Shown here piece by piece: positions 9,801 to 19,580 of a DNA stretch of 64,000 nt. Source of the DNA: Minisyncoccota bacterium. GTDB lineage: Bacteria; Patescibacteriota; Minisyncoccia; UBA6257; GWB1-50-10. Positions within the stretch are counted from its first letter, which is position 1, and every line of letters starts with the position of its first letter. The position numbers and the translations under genes were made by a program. The notes beneath the pieces were generated by a model. It saw nothing but the letters and a program-made list of their open reading frames with translations, did not search any database and was not told where the DNA came from. The stretch is from positions 27,566-91,565 of the forward strand of contig JAGVBU010000002.1 of NCBI GenBank assembly GCA_020059585.1, written 5' to 3'.

Positions 9801-10317
9801 TTGCCGCCGACTGAAGCGCCGCCTCAACTTTGAGGAACGATTCCGTCGGGACAACTACTACACCACCCCCCGTTGAAGTTCCGCCTCCCATGGAAGCGAT
9901 TTTCGCTCGGGTGATGGGTCCAAAGTAACCGGACGCCGGAGAAACTCCGTTTGCCGCCTGCCACTTTGCAAGTGCAGCCTTCGTCGCAGGTCCGAAATAT
10001 GATGACTCATTTCCCGGTGATCCCGCGCCCGACGCGCTGACCTGAGCGCCATTTGCATTCAAGAACTGCTGGAGGGCCTTCACTTCCGCACCTGTTGACC
10101 CAAGAGTGAGGTTCTGGGTAAACGCGTACGAAGTACTCACACTGCCGGTTCCTCCCTGCTGTGCCTGAAGCTGCGCTACTAATGCCGTTAATTGGGCAAT
10201 CTGCGCTAACAAAGCATTGATATCAACGCTCTGCGCTTGTGTGTTCGGAACAGCCATCGTCACAGCAACAACTGCTGCGAGTCCAACTGTTACGATTTTT
10301 TTCATTAATCTACTCAT
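6859..10317 (-). CDS. Large secreted S/T-rich surface (S-layer-like) protein with N-terminal peptidoglycan-binding domain
   Basis: Signal peptide, coiled coil, FTQNLTLGSTGAEVKALQQFLN...YFGPATKAAL..WQ...GYFGPITR (PG_binding_1-like), then repeated beta-rich modules. Confidence 0.8.
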   Translation of the reverse strand: MSRLMKKIVTVGLAAVVAVTMAVPNTQAQSVDINALLAQIAQLTALVAQLQAQQGGTGSVSTSYAFTQNLTLGSTGAEVKALQQFLNANGAQVSASGAGSPGNESSYFGPATKAALAKWQAANGVSPASGYFGPITRAKIASMGGGTSTGGGVVVVPTESFLKVEAALQSAASLPSGSLYNKVLTLKLTAGKDGATVTGVTVTRGGYVANTKITGVSLWDDAGTRYGNIITALTADGKALISFSGSPIVLGAGQSKNVYVAINIDSAVTSGTVNFSVASASDVTVSNSVPVQGNFPVSGTTFTLVDGSASLGDVRIDDQAVSGLSVTTGDGNIEVGQTDREIFKVQLNQNNSKEAIRLEKITLYAEGTIRDTDFKNWKLYSPEGNVLATTEKSVDRYVTFVLTTPYTIDKGLSKTLTVKADVVDGSGYYTRLSIQNDYDVVVKGVTTGGAIQPKDSSGNELTQSDTQNTNGYFKVKSGLLTISKAAGSPSGSVAPSSQNVVLAKFDLKSAGEKLEIRKIGLQISYDTTSGAKALTGTVNVKDATTGETYLSISADTTGLQATSSVTTSTLDTYLHNLSSYINVEAGATKTIEVTGTISSSAASTDDYTAKVGRFYTKRYSTNDFTYLADSVYSGNQITVGDVTLTVTKNAAFANTNRAKSATNVKIGEFVLQASSADDVRVNTISFDVASSSYIQNMKLMDGATQLGSTIGTPSASSNSFTLNLTIAKSQSKVLSLYADVLSSATENDSFYASVASAGVSGYGVSSSKSLESTPSAALALQSITVKAPSLTIAADSSKPTSKIVLAGQTGVELNKIRLEASNEDLELRKITLQLLSASSTWKTATSTAPNFAMVYLYDGSTLLQSASVNSVTGKVLFALDSSKYVTLPQSQQKVLTLKADVSGSGILEPTSVVAVMVNSSSTDDMEVYSSQGQLAEGSITVTSSSTSNYFLFHDAAPTITNALSNATGKIGQSTDVVGKFTIANSAPAGGRTLTLESFAVVASLSLSPSSSSSVTNFRLYDEADQLVATSAATTIYGYGVTASSTATVTFASTSGAWVTQEIGANSSKTYTVKADTSNIESAVSNAGTTNTTLSLKVDGTKGYLSTDGSTGPEYYWNTGGVVYRYTQATTGTEFGSNSASDSYPVDGATLSY

Positions 10318-10546
10318 TTTTATTCGATTCTTTATCGTTTTTTTAATTTTTTCGACAGATTTTATCGATTCATCCCCTCACACATGAAGCGTATTAATAC
10401 CCTTCACGGAGATGATAAACCGTCGACCTTTTCTCTGCGCGAGGCAGAATGATTCCGGACACTACATGCCCTCTTTTCGACCCCCGCCGAATTTTTATCG
10501 TACGAGGAAAAAGAACATAAAGTGGTTGATATTGATTGGAAATAAC

Positions 10547-10725
10547 AAAAAACTCGCTTATGGAGCGAGCGCGAGCAATATACCCAAAACACCCTGACGA
10601 AAGCGAAGCCCTTTGGGCCTGGCCTTTTCCGGTATACGAGTAGATTGCCTCACGTTTGGCCTCACTCCAAACCTTCGGCGAAGATAATGCAAAGGTCCAC
10701 ACAAACCCATGCCTCACCTTCTTCA
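10547..10725 (-). ncRNA. Candidate structured leader or small RNA upstream of the S-layer-like gene
   Basis: GAAGGUGAGGC (10721-10711) pairs with GCUUCGCUUUC (10609-10599); nested stems inside; ends at hairpin plus U-run 10569-10547. Confidence 0.5.
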
Positions 10726-10759
10726 TGGAGTATTATACCATACTCCAACTTTTTTACAA
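10726..10759 (-). promoter_or_regulatory. Sigma70 promoter TTGTAA-16-TATAAT (extended -10) overlapped by the inverted repeat tggagtat-N6-atactcca
   Basis: Minus strand ttgtaaaaaagttggagtatggtataatactcca. Confidence 0.65.
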
Positions 10760-10905
10760 TGTGCTCGAAAAACCGATTCTTATCTCAAACCGACCTTTCG
10801 GGCCTCATATATATAACGAAATAAAGGGTTTCCTGTTACGGCACATTACGACATATCACAACGGATACATTACAACGCGTGAAACGCATTTCCCCAATTA
10901 TTACA

Positions 10906-10930
10906 TTTTCCCCGCGATCGCGGGGAAAAT
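10906..10930 (-). terminator. Palindromic terminator-like hairpin
   Basis: ttttccccgcgatcgcggggaaaa immediately after the 10941 stop. Confidence 0.7.
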
Positions 10931-10940
10931 GTAATAATTC

Positions 10941-11699
10941 TTAAATAGTCCACTGAGACAGCGAAAAAACGAGGAGGGTCCCCAGCAAAAAGATCGAGAT
11001 TTCCCTTAAAAACATCTTTTTTGAGGATATTCCCAAGATGTGCATTATTACAAGGTTTTTCAGCGTAAGCGCGAAAAGGGAGGCAAAAATCGCCATGTGG
11101 ATAACTCCTATCGGAAGAAAGCTTCCTATAATGAAGAGTTCCACAAAAAAGAGGCCAAATACGACCGAAAAAGAGGTGGTTCTGCGCGGAAAGTGCACCT
11201 TTGTAAATCTCAAAAACTCGCCCATAAGGAGCGCGGAGGCGGCAAAAAGAGGCGCGTACCAGAACCACGACGTAGTGAGCGCAAGACCCCCGAATACAAG
11301 CGCGCTTATGAAAATGACCGCGGTGTGAAGCACCCCGTATATCCCCTTTCTATCCTCAAAAAGAAAGTTTCCCGTGCCGACCACGAGAAAAAAAACGGCA
11401 AGAAACGAGCTTATGATTGCTGTCCATACGATGCCCGGAGACACAAACGAAAGAAAGCGGTCTGTATAGGATATTCCCACCATATACGCGAAAATGACCG
11501 TCCAAAAAGACCATCGCACCGCTCTGCGGTCCGGCATTTTCGAATAAATAAAAAGGCAGGCGCATAGCGCGCATAGAGCCAAAAGCGCAGGCGCGACACC
11601 TGCGGCATATATTCCTATTAAACCCGACACAACGATCGCGCTAACGTACGATCTCAATGCGATCGGGTTTCCGAAGTATGATCTTAATCTTTGCACCAT
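10941..11699 (-). CDS. Hypothetical polytopic membrane protein (start uncertain)
   Basis: Many hydrophobic segments; overlaps the clpB end. Confidence 0.7.
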   Translation of the reverse strand: MVQRLRSYFGNPIALRSYVSAIVVSGLIGIYAAGVAPALLALCALCACLFIYSKMPDRRAVRWSFWTVIFAYMVGISYTDRFLSFVSPGIVWTAIISSFLAVFFLVVGTGNFLFEDRKGIYGVLHTAVIFISALVFGGLALTTSWFWYAPLFAASALLMGEFLRFTKVHFPRRTTSFSVVFGLFFVELFIIGSFLPIGVIHMAIFASLFALTLKNLVIMHILGISSKKMFLREISIFLLGTLLVFSLSQWTI

Positions 11700-14307
11700 C
11701 GTGTATTCCTTCTCTGATTATAACGTCCGCGAGCGCATCCACAATACGCTTCTGAATAAGGCGCTTCAGAGGACGCGCGCCGTATTCCCTGTCGAATCCG
11801 TGATCTCCAAGATATTTTTTCACGTCTTCCGAAATTGTGATGCGCATTCCCCGCGATTCAACGCGCCGCACCACGTCCTTAAGCTGAATGTCCACGATAT
11901 TCCGTATATCCTGTCGCGTCAACGCGTTGAAGATGATGATTTCGTCGAGACGATTCAAAAATTCCGGCTTGAAAGTATCTCTCAGCGCCCCCATCACTTT
12001 TCCGTGGAAGGTGTCTTCCGTTCTTTTCATTTCGTTCACCTCATCCGACGTTTCGAATCCTATTGAGGACATCTGGCTAAAGTATCCGCTTCCCACGTTC
12101 GACGTGAGAATGATGACGGTATTCTTAAAATTGACGGTCTTTCCCCTTCCATCCGTGAGGCGTCCGTTGTCGAGGATCTGGAGGAGAATATTAAATACCT
12201 CGGGATGCGCCTTCTCTATTTCATCAAAAAGAATGAGGCTGTAGGGCCGATGACGCACAATCTCCGTGAGCTGTCCTCCATCCTCGTGTCCCACATATCC
12301 CGGAGGAGAACCGATAAGACGCGCCGTCGCGTGGCGTTCCATATATTCAGACATATCAATGCGCACAAGCGCTTTTTCATCATTAAACATAAATTCCGCG
12401 ACCGCTTTTGCGAGTTCGGTTTTTCCGACACCCGTCGGGCCGAGAAATATAAATGAACCCGCGGGACGGTTCTCGTCCGCGAGCCCCGCGCGCGAACGAC
12501 GGAGAGCACGGGCAATCGATTCGATTGCCGCGCGCTGTCCCACCACGCGCTCCTCGAGCGCCTCCTCGAGACGCATCAGTTTTCCCGCCTCTGATTCGAG
12601 CATCTTCATTACGGGAATTCCCGTCCATCGCGACACCACTCCCGCGATATCTTCCTCATCAACCACCTCTTTCACAAATCTTTTTTCAGGAGATTTTTTT
12701 CCATTTTTTCCCGTACCCGATTTTTTCGAAGTTTTTCCTCCCTTTTCTATATTTTTATACTCTTTCTCCGCAAGCGGCAGTTCTCCATACATAATCTTCG
12801 CGACGCGCTCGAAATTTCCCTCGCGTTCGGCGACCTCCGCCTCGTGTCGAAGGGTCTCAATACGCGTGCGGAGCGTGTGAAGCTCCTCTACGCCCTTCTT
12901 TTCCCCATCCCACTGCGTTGAGAGCGTCTTATTTCTCTCCTTCAGCTGTTTCAGTTCCTTTTCTATTTCTTTTACGCGGGCGGGCTTCTTTTTCCCTCCT
13001 CCCTGCTTCAGCGCCGATCGCTCAATCTCAAGACGGGAAATCTCTTTCCGTATTTCTTCAAGCTCGCGAGGCATACTGTCCGATTCAAGGCGGATTGCCG
13101 CGGCCGCCTCATCGATAAGATCCACCGCTTTATCAGGAAGAAATCTGTCCGTGATATATCGCGCGCCGAGATTCACTGCCGCGATAATCGCGTCATCGGA
13201 AATCTTCAGTCCATGATGTGATTCATATTTTTCCTTGAGTCCCCTGAGAATCGCGATTGAATCCTCAATCGTCGGCTCTTCCACGAGCACGGGCTGGAAA
13301 CGGCGTTCGAGCGCCGCGTCTTTTTCTATGTGTTTTTGATATTCCTTGAGTGTCGTCGCCCCAATCGCGTGAAGCTCTCCACGCGCGAGCGCGGGTTTCA
13401 GCATATTGGAGGCATCAATCGCTCCTTCGGCCGCGCCGGCTCCCACAATCATATGTATCTCATCGATAAAAAGAATAAATTTTCCTTCCGCGCGTCCGAT
13501 CTCCTTCAAAAACGCCTTCAGGCGATCCTCAAACTCTCCGCGAAATTTCGTTCCCGCGACAAGCGAGCCGAGGTCGAGAGAAAGCACCTCCTTTCCCTTG
13601 AGCGATTCGGGAACGTCTCCCGCGACAATCTTCTGCGCAAGCCCCTCGACAACCGCCGTTTTCCCCACGCCCGGCTCTCCAATAAGCACGGGATTGTTTT
13701 TTGTCCGGCGGGAGAGTATCTGCATAACGCGACGCAACTCCTCTTCCCTTCCTATCACCGGATCAAGCTGTCCCGCAAGCGCCTTCTTCGTGAGATTTAT
13801 GGCGTATTTTTCAAGCACCCTGAATTTTGTTTCCGGCGTCTCGTCTGTTACTTTCACGGACCCGCGAAGCGCCTCAAAACTTTTTCGGAGCGTCTCTTTC
13901 GTCGCGCCCGCTTGTATGAGCATCTCCTGCGCGCGCGAAGGAATTTCGGAAAGTCCTATGAGAATATGTTCGCATGATACAAAATCATCTCCCCCTTCGT
14001 GCGCGACGCGTCCCGCGCGATCAAGAATGCGCATCAGCTCCTGCGAGAGATAAAACTGTCCCAGCGATCCCTGCGCCATCTGGATCTTCGGAAGAATTTC
14101 CACTTCGCGGATCGTCGCCTGAAGAAATTGCGGAACCGCGACACCGCTTTCCTCAAGCATCGCCTGCGAAAGAGTCTGCTCATCACTTGCGATCGCGTGA
14201 AGCACATGTACCGCTTTCAGCTCACCCTGATTGAACCGCGCGGCAAGCTCTTGCGCGTTTTGAAGCGCTTCCTGCGCTTTTATAGTAAATTTTTGAAAGT
14301 TAGGCAT
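11641..14307 (-). CDS. clpB: ATP-dependent chaperone ClpB
   Basis: Clp-N repeats, GEPGVGKT and GPTGVGKT Walker A motifs, long coiled-coil M-domain, [14 protein letters not shown]. Confidence 0.95.
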   Translation of the reverse strand: MPNFQKFTIKAQEALQNAQELAARFNQGELKAVHVLHAIASDEQTLSQAMLEESGVAVPQFLQATIREVEILPKIQMAQGSLGQFYLSQELMRILDRAGRVAHEGGDDFVSCEHILIGLSEIPSRAQEMLIQAGATKETLRKSFEALRGSVKVTDETPETKFRVLEKYAINLTKKALAGQLDPVIGREEELRRVMQILSRRTKNNPVLIGEPGVGKTAVVEGLAQKIVAGDVPESLKGKEVLSLDLGSLVAGTKFRGEFEDRLKAFLKEIGRAEGKFILFIDEIHMIVGAGAAEGAIDASNMLKPALARGELHAIGATTLKEYQKHIEKDAALERRFQPVLVEEPTIEDSIAILRGLKEKYESHHGLKISDDAIIAAVNLGARYITDRFLPDKAVDLIDEAAAAIRLESDSMPRELEEIRKEISRLEIERSALKQGGGKKKPARVKEIEKELKQLKERNKTLSTQWDGEKKGVEELHTLRTRIETLRHEAEVAEREGNFERVAKIMYGELPLAEKEYKNIEKGGKTSKKSGTGKNGKKSPEKRFVKEVVDEEDIAGVVSRWTGIPVMKMLESEAGKLMRLEEALEERVVGQRAAIESIARALRRSRAGLADENRPAGSFIFLGPTGVGKTELAKAVAEFMFNDEKALVRIDMSEYMERHATARLIGSPPGYVGHEDGGQLTEIVRHRPYSLILFDEIEKAHPEVFNILLQILDNGRLTDGRGKTVNFKNTVIILTSNVGSGYFSQMSSIGFETSDEVNEMKRTEDTFHGKVMGALRDTFKPEFLNRLDEIIIFNALTRQDIRNIVDIQLKDVVRRVESRGMRITISEDVKKYLGDHGFDREYGARPLKRLIQKRIVDALADVIIREGIHDGAKIKIILRKPDRIEIVR

Positions 14308-14359
14308 AGTAATTACTCTGTAATAAACAACTCACAATAACCACTGTTCATAAAACTGC

Positions 14360-14434
14360 GTTGTACGATATTTTCACGAAGGCTAAGACTTGGGCGTCGC
14401 CCCGGAGACAGCCTGAGTAAAAATATCAGACAAC
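14360..14434 (-). promoter_or_regulatory. Long hairpin in the clpB 5' leader
   Basis: gttgt/acaac, gatatttt/aaaatatc, aggct/agcct and a gggc/gccc cap. Confidence 0.5.
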
Positions 14435-14450
14435 ATTACATTGTGCTATC

Positions 14451-14498
14451 AGTATAGCAAAATGTAAAAAATTGGCAAACTCAATGTCTGAGTGCTAA
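14451..14498 (-). promoter_or_regulatory. CIRCE (HrcA operator) overlapping the clpB promoter TTGCCA-16-TATACT
   Basis: Minus strand TTAGCACTC-N9-GTTTGCCAA at 14498-14472 (one half-site is perfect). Confidence 0.8.
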
Positions 14499-14508
14499 TA
14501 TACGCGCG

Positions 14509-15807
14509 CTATTCTTCAGGACGTTCCGCGAGCGTCGCGTAAAGCGTGAGCGTTTCATCTCCCCTCCGAACGGAGAGTGAGATCTTTTCACCCACGCGAT
14601 ATTTCTGGAGCACCGTTCCCAGAACCTTACCTTCCTCAAGAGACTCTCCATTCACCGCAATGATAATATCTTCCGCCCGGAGTCCCGCGTTTTCCGCGGG
14701 AGATCCCGGAATTACCGCGGGACCCTCCTCCGTGCCGCGAATAAGCGCTCCATATGAAACCGGAAGCTTCTGTGATTCCTTAAGCGTTTCAGTGATCGCG
14801 ATATATCGAACTCCGAGATAGGTCGATTTTATCGTACCTGTTTCCTTTACCGAATTGATCGCTCGGCGCGCCTGATTTACCGGAATCGCAAATCCGATGT
14901 TCTGCGCCCCCGACACAATCGCCGTATTAATTCCAATAACCTCTCCCTTGAGATTTAGGAGGGGTCCTCCCGAATTTCCCTGATTGATTGCCGCGTCTGT
15001 TTGTATCACTCCCTCTATCTTCTCCGAAAATCCCTGCGTGTTTCCCGCGGTAATACTCCGCGAAAGTCCGGAAATGACGCCCACAGACACCGTATTTCTG
15101 AATTCGCCAAGCGCGTTTCCTATCGCGATCGCGGTCTGCCCGAGTTTTATAGAATCCGAGTCTCCTATTGTCGCGACGGGGAGATTCGACGCGGAAATCC
15201 TCAGCACCGCGAGATCGTTTACCGGATCCTGCGCGAGAACTTTTGCGTCGTATTTTTTCCCATCGTTTGTGAACACGGTGTATTCCGCGTTTTTATCCAT
15301 CACCACGTGTTTGTTCGTGACGATAAGCCCATCAGGAGACACGATAAATCCCGAACCGCCTCCCACTTCCTGTTTTTTTGTTCCCGTCTGACACTCGCTA
15401 TAAAATCCGAACCCTCCACCGAAAAAATCCCTGAACTCCGGCGGAAGATCGCTCCAAGGATTTGAGGGACAGCGTTCAATGACAGGCACATCCTTCGATA
15501 TAATGATCGACACTACGCTCTTTGACGCGGCATCAACCGCGCGCACCACCGCCTCCTCATATTCATAGACGGGCTTGTAAAGCGGTATTGGTGACGTTTC
15601 GGATTCTTCTGACATCTTCGAAACGGGAGGGTTCTTTTCCGCGGACTCGTCCGCGGGGGTTCCGGAAAAACCTTCCTTAATAAAATTCCACGCATCGCTG
15701 AAAAGACCTGCCTCTGACACGCGCGGAGATATTCCTATTCCAGCAAAGAAGATAACAACCGCGCACGCGGCCGTAGCCGCGATTTTGATTTTTTTATCTT
15801 TATTCAT
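14509..15807 (-). CDS. htrA: HtrA/DegP-family serine protease (trypsin plus PDZ)
   Basis: GSGFI, TNKHVV, DLAVL, IQTDAAINQGNSGGPL, C-terminal PDZ. Confidence 0.93.
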   Translation of the reverse strand: MNKDKKIKIAATAACAVVIFFAGIGISPRVSEAGLFSDAWNFIKEGFSGTPADESAEKNPPVSKMSEESETSPIPLYKPVYEYEEAVVRAVDAASKSVVSIIISKDVPVIERCPSNPWSDLPPEFRDFFGGGFGFYSECQTGTKKQEVGGGSGFIVSPDGLIVTNKHVVMDKNAEYTVFTNDGKKYDAKVLAQDPVNDLAVLRISASNLPVATIGDSDSIKLGQTAIAIGNALGEFRNTVSVGVISGLSRSITAGNTQGFSEKIEGVIQTDAAINQGNSGGPLLNLKGEVIGINTAIVSGAQNIGFAIPVNQARRAINSVKETGTIKSTYLGVRYIAITETLKESQKLPVSYGALIRGTEEGPAVIPGSPAENAGLRAEDIIIAVNGESLEEGKVLGTVLQKYRVGEKISLSVRRGDETLTLYATLAERPEE

Positions 15808-15901
15808 AATGTTCTAAAAAAATATGCGACCCTTTCGTATGTATCATACAACAGAGCCGCACTTTTTTTCTATGTTCCTATTGTTACTACGCGACGCGCG
15901 A

Positions 15902-16693
15902 TTATTTTATTTCATATCGGAGATTCACCGTCACCGTCACCTCCTCTGATCCCGCTTCTATCGCCGGAGCAGCTACCATATCCGCGCCTCCCATTCCGTA
16001 TCCGAGCGTTTCATTCATTACCTTCGCGTTGCGATACTGAGGCGAAGGATAATATCCTCCTTCATCGATCGAAATGAGCTTTCCAACGGAGAATCCTCCC
16101 GCCTCCGCAATCTGCGCCGCCTTTTCTTTGGCTTTTTCTATCGCCTGACTCCTTGCGTCCGCAAGCACTTTTGTCGGATCATCGATTGTAAAATCGAGCT
16201 GGGAAACCGAATTTGCGCCCTCATCCACCACGCCGGAGATCATATCGCCCGCCTTATCAAAATCGCGCACCTTCACCAAGACCGACTGGCGCACGGTGTA
16301 TCCCACAATCTGCGGAGGAGGACACACGGTGCCTCCATAGACGCCACAGTTCGAATACTGATAGCGCGGCTCTACGCTGTATTGCTGGGTCTGAATATCC
16401 TTATCAGCAACACCATTCTCTTTCACGAACGCAATCGCCTTATTCACTTTTTCGACATTCTGTTCCTGCAAATCACCAAGATTTTTTCCTCCTTCGGTGA
16501 TTACGCTGAATGTGAATGTGGCTACATCAGGCACCGTGATGACTTTTCCGTCACCCGACACCGAAAACGTGCGCATTGACGCCGGATCAACTTGCTTCGC
16601 AAACGATCCCGCATACATCCACGCCGACGCTGACACGACTACAAGAGCGAATATGGTCGCCCACCCCACATAATTTTTTATTTTTTGTTCCAT
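15902..16693 (-). CDS. SIMPL (DUF541) domain protein
   Basis: SVSGDGKV...PDVA, DIQT..YSVEP.Y, GANSV, A...A..KA..IA, APAIEAGSEEV. Confidence 0.88.
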   Translation of the reverse strand: MEQKIKNYVGWATIFALVVVSASAWMYAGSFAKQVDPASMRTFSVSGDGKVITVPDVATFTFSVITEGGKNLGDLQEQNVEKVNKAIAFVKENGVADKDIQTQQYSVEPRYQYSNCGVYGGTVCPPPQIVGYTVRQSVLVKVRDFDKAGDMISGVVDEGANSVSQLDFTIDDPTKVLADARSQAIEKAKEKAAQIAEAGGFSVGKLISIDEGGYYPSPQYRNAKVMNETLGYGMGGADMVAAPAIEAGSEEVTVTVNLRYEIK

Positions 16694-16761
16694 AGTAGTC
16701 CAATAATAGCGTATCTGCTTTTCTTTTTCAAATTCTCGCATTTTCTTATACGATTTCTCTT

Positions 16762-18003
16762 TTACGATGAGTATCGTCCCAATATTTCCCTCAAAATTCT
16801 TCCCAACGCGCGAACATCCGCAAAAGTAGTGCCACGCCCGAAACTTATACGAACGCTTTCTTTCGCTCGCGCGTCTCCGTGCATCGCCGCCACGGTGCGT
16901 GAAGGGCGCGGCGCGCGCGCGTGGCACGCGGATCCCCCCGATACGGCAATTCCCTCCTGATCCAATTGAATAAGAAGGAGTTCACTTGGAATCCCCGGAA
17001 GCCATACATTCATTATGTGAGGACTCCCCTCGTCTTTTCTTCCTCCGTTTAATTCCGCGCGGGGATACGCGTCTCTTATGAGATCGAATGTCTTTTTTTT
17101 GAGCACGCACATTTTTTCCGCGTTTTTTTCTCTCATCGCCACGGCGGATGTCGCCGCTTCCGAAAATCCCACGATCCCCGGCACGTTCTGCGTGCCGCTT
17201 CGCATCCCAAATTCCTGACCTCCTCCCGTGATTATCGGAATGATATCTTTTTGTCGTTCGCTATCGGTTATTCCCTCTTTATTCCTTATATACAACACGC
17301 CCACCCCCTTCGGTCCGTATATTTTATGCGCCGAAAGTGTAAGAAAATCGACGCCGAGCGCGTTCACGTCGCAATCAAAATATTGAAACGCCTGAACGGC
17401 ATCACAATGGAAAAGAGGATATTTTGTTCCATAATTTTGAGTTTGCTTGTTATTTGGTTTTTGTAGTTTTGAATTCCTGAAACCTTTGATTAATTCGGAA
17501 ATTTTCACAATGGGTTGTACCGATCCGGTTTCATTATTTACATACATCACCGACACAAGAATCGTCCGATCGTCGAGCACCTTCTCTATTTTTTTTATAT
17601 CCACCGTCCCATGCTCATCCACTGGAATGATGACGCATTCGACTGCTCCGCTCTTTTCGAGCGCGCGCGCGGTCTCATACACGGATTCGTGTTCGATCGC
17701 GGAAATAATTATTTTAGGAAGCGCGTCACGGCGCGTTCCGTCCGCGTTTTCGCGGACCGCACCTACTATACCGCGAAGCACCGCGTTATTCGCCTCGGTC
17801 GCGGATCCCGTAAATATCACCTCGCGGGATTCGGCCCCCAAAAGTCCGGCCACAGCCGTGCGTGCGGCATCAAGCGTCCTCTGCGCCTCCTGTCCGAATG
17901 CATGAAGCGAGTTGGGATTTCCGAAAGACGTCGCATTCATCACCCTTCTCACCCGCGCATCAAGCGGGGAGGTCGCCGCGTAATCGAGATATATCTTCCG
18001 CAT
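16762..18003 (-). CDS. iscS: Cysteine desulfurase (IscS/NifS family)
   Basis: IYLDYAATSP, FTGSATEANN, HCDAVQ, SAHKIYGPKG, SGGSACH. Confidence 0.93.
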   Translation of the reverse strand: MRKIYLDYAATSPLDARVRRVMNATSFGNPNSLHAFGQEAQRTLDAARTAVAGLLGAESREVIFTGSATEANNAVLRGIVGAVRENADGTRRDALPKIIISAIEHESVYETARALEKSGAVECVIIPVDEHGTVDIKKIEKVLDDRTILVSVMYVNNETGSVQPIVKISELIKGFRNSKLQKPNNKQTQNYGTKYPLFHCDAVQAFQYFDCDVNALGVDFLTLSAHKIYGPKGVGVLYIRNKEGITDSERQKDIIPIITGGGQEFGMRSGTQNVPGIVGFSEAATSAVAMREKNAEKMCVLKKKTFDLIRDAYPRAELNGGRKDEGSPHIMNVWLPGIPSELLLIQLDQEGIAVSGGSACHARAPRPSRTVAAMHGDARAKESVRISFGRGTTFADVRALGRILREILGRYSS

Positions 18004-18095
18004 AATTTCAGTATACGGATAATGGCATATTTTGGGGATATTGACAATTTATCTTTATATATGTTATAATTAACACAGATTATAGGAGGTGTACC

Positions 18096-18563
18096 TTGAA
18101 AAACCAAACAACTGATCAGTATCCAATTCTCGCGGTGTATTGTTTCGTCCCCGTACTCGACGATGACGGAAAAACAAAAATTCTTCTCGTTCACGACGTG
18201 GACAAAACAACCCCCCCGCTTCTTTATAAATTCCCCGGCGGACGCGTTGAGAAAGGTGAAAATCATCTCGAATGCGCACAACGGGAGGTTCACGAAGAGT
18301 GCGGAGGATCGCGAATTCCATTTGAAGCGCTTTCGGAGATAAAAAAAGTGAATGTCGAAGCGCGCGGAAACCGCATTTCTCACTCGGTGCTTTTTCTGAA
18401 AAGCAAGACTTTATTCAGAAAAGACGAACTGAAACAAGGATCCGAAGTGGTATTGAAACTCGTTGACCGCAAAACCGCGGAGATGATGCTCGCGTACGGC
18501 GAACTTGTAAAAAACCACGGCGACGTCCTGAAAGAATTTGTGCTTTCGGAGATGGAATACTGA
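18096..18563 (+). CDS. NUDIX hydrolase
   Basis: FPGGRVEKGE...CAQREVHEECG Nudix box; GGAGGT RBS; TTGACA/TATAAT promoter upstream. Confidence 0.85.
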   Translation: MKNQTTDQYPILAVYCFVPVLDDDGKTKILLVHDVDKTTPPLLYKFPGGRVEKGENHLECAQREVHEECGGSRIPFEALSEIKKVNVEARGNRISHSVLFLKSKTLFRKDELKQGSEVVLKLVDRKTAEMMLAYGELVKNHGDVLKEFVLSEMEY

Positions 18564-18612
18564 AAAAACTTATATATGCCCCTGCGTGTCGGGGGCATTA
18601 TTTTTGTCTTTT

Positions 18613-19176
18613 TTATTTATACGAGGGATGCGTTTCTGAAATCCCCCGCGTATGGTTTGCATAGCGCGCGAGGGCAAAAAGAATGCTTGAAATCCTGTTA
18701 AGAAACATCATTATCTCCGCAGATACGGCGCACTGTTTCCGCATTATGACCGCATCTCGCTCCACTCTGCGGGATACGGCGCGCGCGATATCGATGCGCG
18801 CGGAAAGCTCACATCCTCCGGAAATAATAAATTGCGTTATGGGAGGAATATACGCATCGATTTCCCTTATCACCTCCTCAAGATACGCGACGTGTTCCGA
18901 TGATATCTTTTTGGAAGAAGGATAGTCGAAAAGAGCTCCCGCGATTTCCGCCTGCATTATAAAAAGTATTTCCTGCATCCGCCGGAGCACGGTGTGACAT
19001 GAAATCTTCTCATCAGAAATGCCGGCCTCGGCAGCGACACCGCACCATCCAAGTATGGAGTTTAATTCATCAAGTGATCCGAGAAATCCCAAAACGGGAT
19101 GATCTTTTTCAACTTTCTTTTTTCCTACGACACTCTCTCCTCCGTCTCCGTTTCCCGTAAAAAAAACCGTATTCAT
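18613..19176 (-). CDS. pduO: ATP:cob(I)alamin adenosyltransferase, PduO type
   Basis: FTGNGDGGES, GSLDELNS, F...GG, ARAVSRRVER, LNRISS.LF.LAR. Confidence 0.85.
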   Translation of the reverse strand: MNTVFFTGNGDGGESVVGKKKVEKDHPVLGFLGSLDELNSILGWCGVAAEAGISDEKISCHTVLRRMQEILFIMQAEIAGALFDYPSSKKISSEHVAYLEEVIREIDAYIPPITQFIISGGCELSARIDIARAVSRRVERDAVIMRKQCAVSAEIMMFLNRISSILFALARYANHTRGISETHPSYK

Positions 19177-19210
19177 ATCATAATTATTGTATCACTGTGC
19201 ACTCCCCGCA

Positions 19211-19247
19211 TAAAAACCCCACCTTTCCATGGAAAGGTGGGGTTTTA
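19211..19247 (-). terminator. Palindromic terminator
   Basis: aaaaaccccacctttccatggaaaggtggggtttt. Confidence 0.75.
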
Positions 19248-19259
19248 CAGGATGAAATC

Positions 19260-19568
19260 CTATAAGTTGTTCAAATCTTGGTCGATCTGTTCAAACTCTT
19301 TTTCGAGATCTCCCGTATCAATGCTCTCCAATTCCTGTTGGATGACAGGGGTTGTGTCCTCGAGCGTCCCTTCGGGAACCTCAGGAGACACATTGGTCGG
19401 CACTTCCGCGTTCTCAAGATCCGTCATCGCGGGCTCCTCGCCACCTCCCATCTGCCACCATGCAATCGCAAGCACAAGAATAATCACCACCGCAATGATA
19501 ATCAACGTTGTCTTTGATTTCTTTTGTGGCATATCGACGGGAACCTGTCCGTTATTCATTTGGTCCAT
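19260..19568 (-). CDS. Small single-pass membrane protein with acidic tail
   Basis: One TM helix; acidic C-terminal helix. Confidence 0.7.
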   Translation of the reverse strand: MDQMNNGQVPVDMPQKKSKTTLIIIAVVIILVLAIAWWQMGGGEEPAMTDLENAEVPTNVSPEVPEGTLEDTTPVIQQELESIDTGDLEKEFEQIDQDLNNL

Positions 19569-19580
19569 ATGACTCGTGTG

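Noticed and set aside
10599-10721. SRP RNA, 6S RNA or a known riboswitch
   Set aside because: No SRP helix-8 consensus or recognisable aptamer motif by eye; left unnamed pending an Rfam search.
10394-10726. 110 aa ORF upstream of the S-layer-like gene
   Set aside because: No recognisable motifs, and it runs through a terminator and long RNA stems; better explained as non-coding.
11701-14340. Long antisense ORFs over clpB (and similarly over other genes)
   Set aside because: Shadow frames of well-supported genes.
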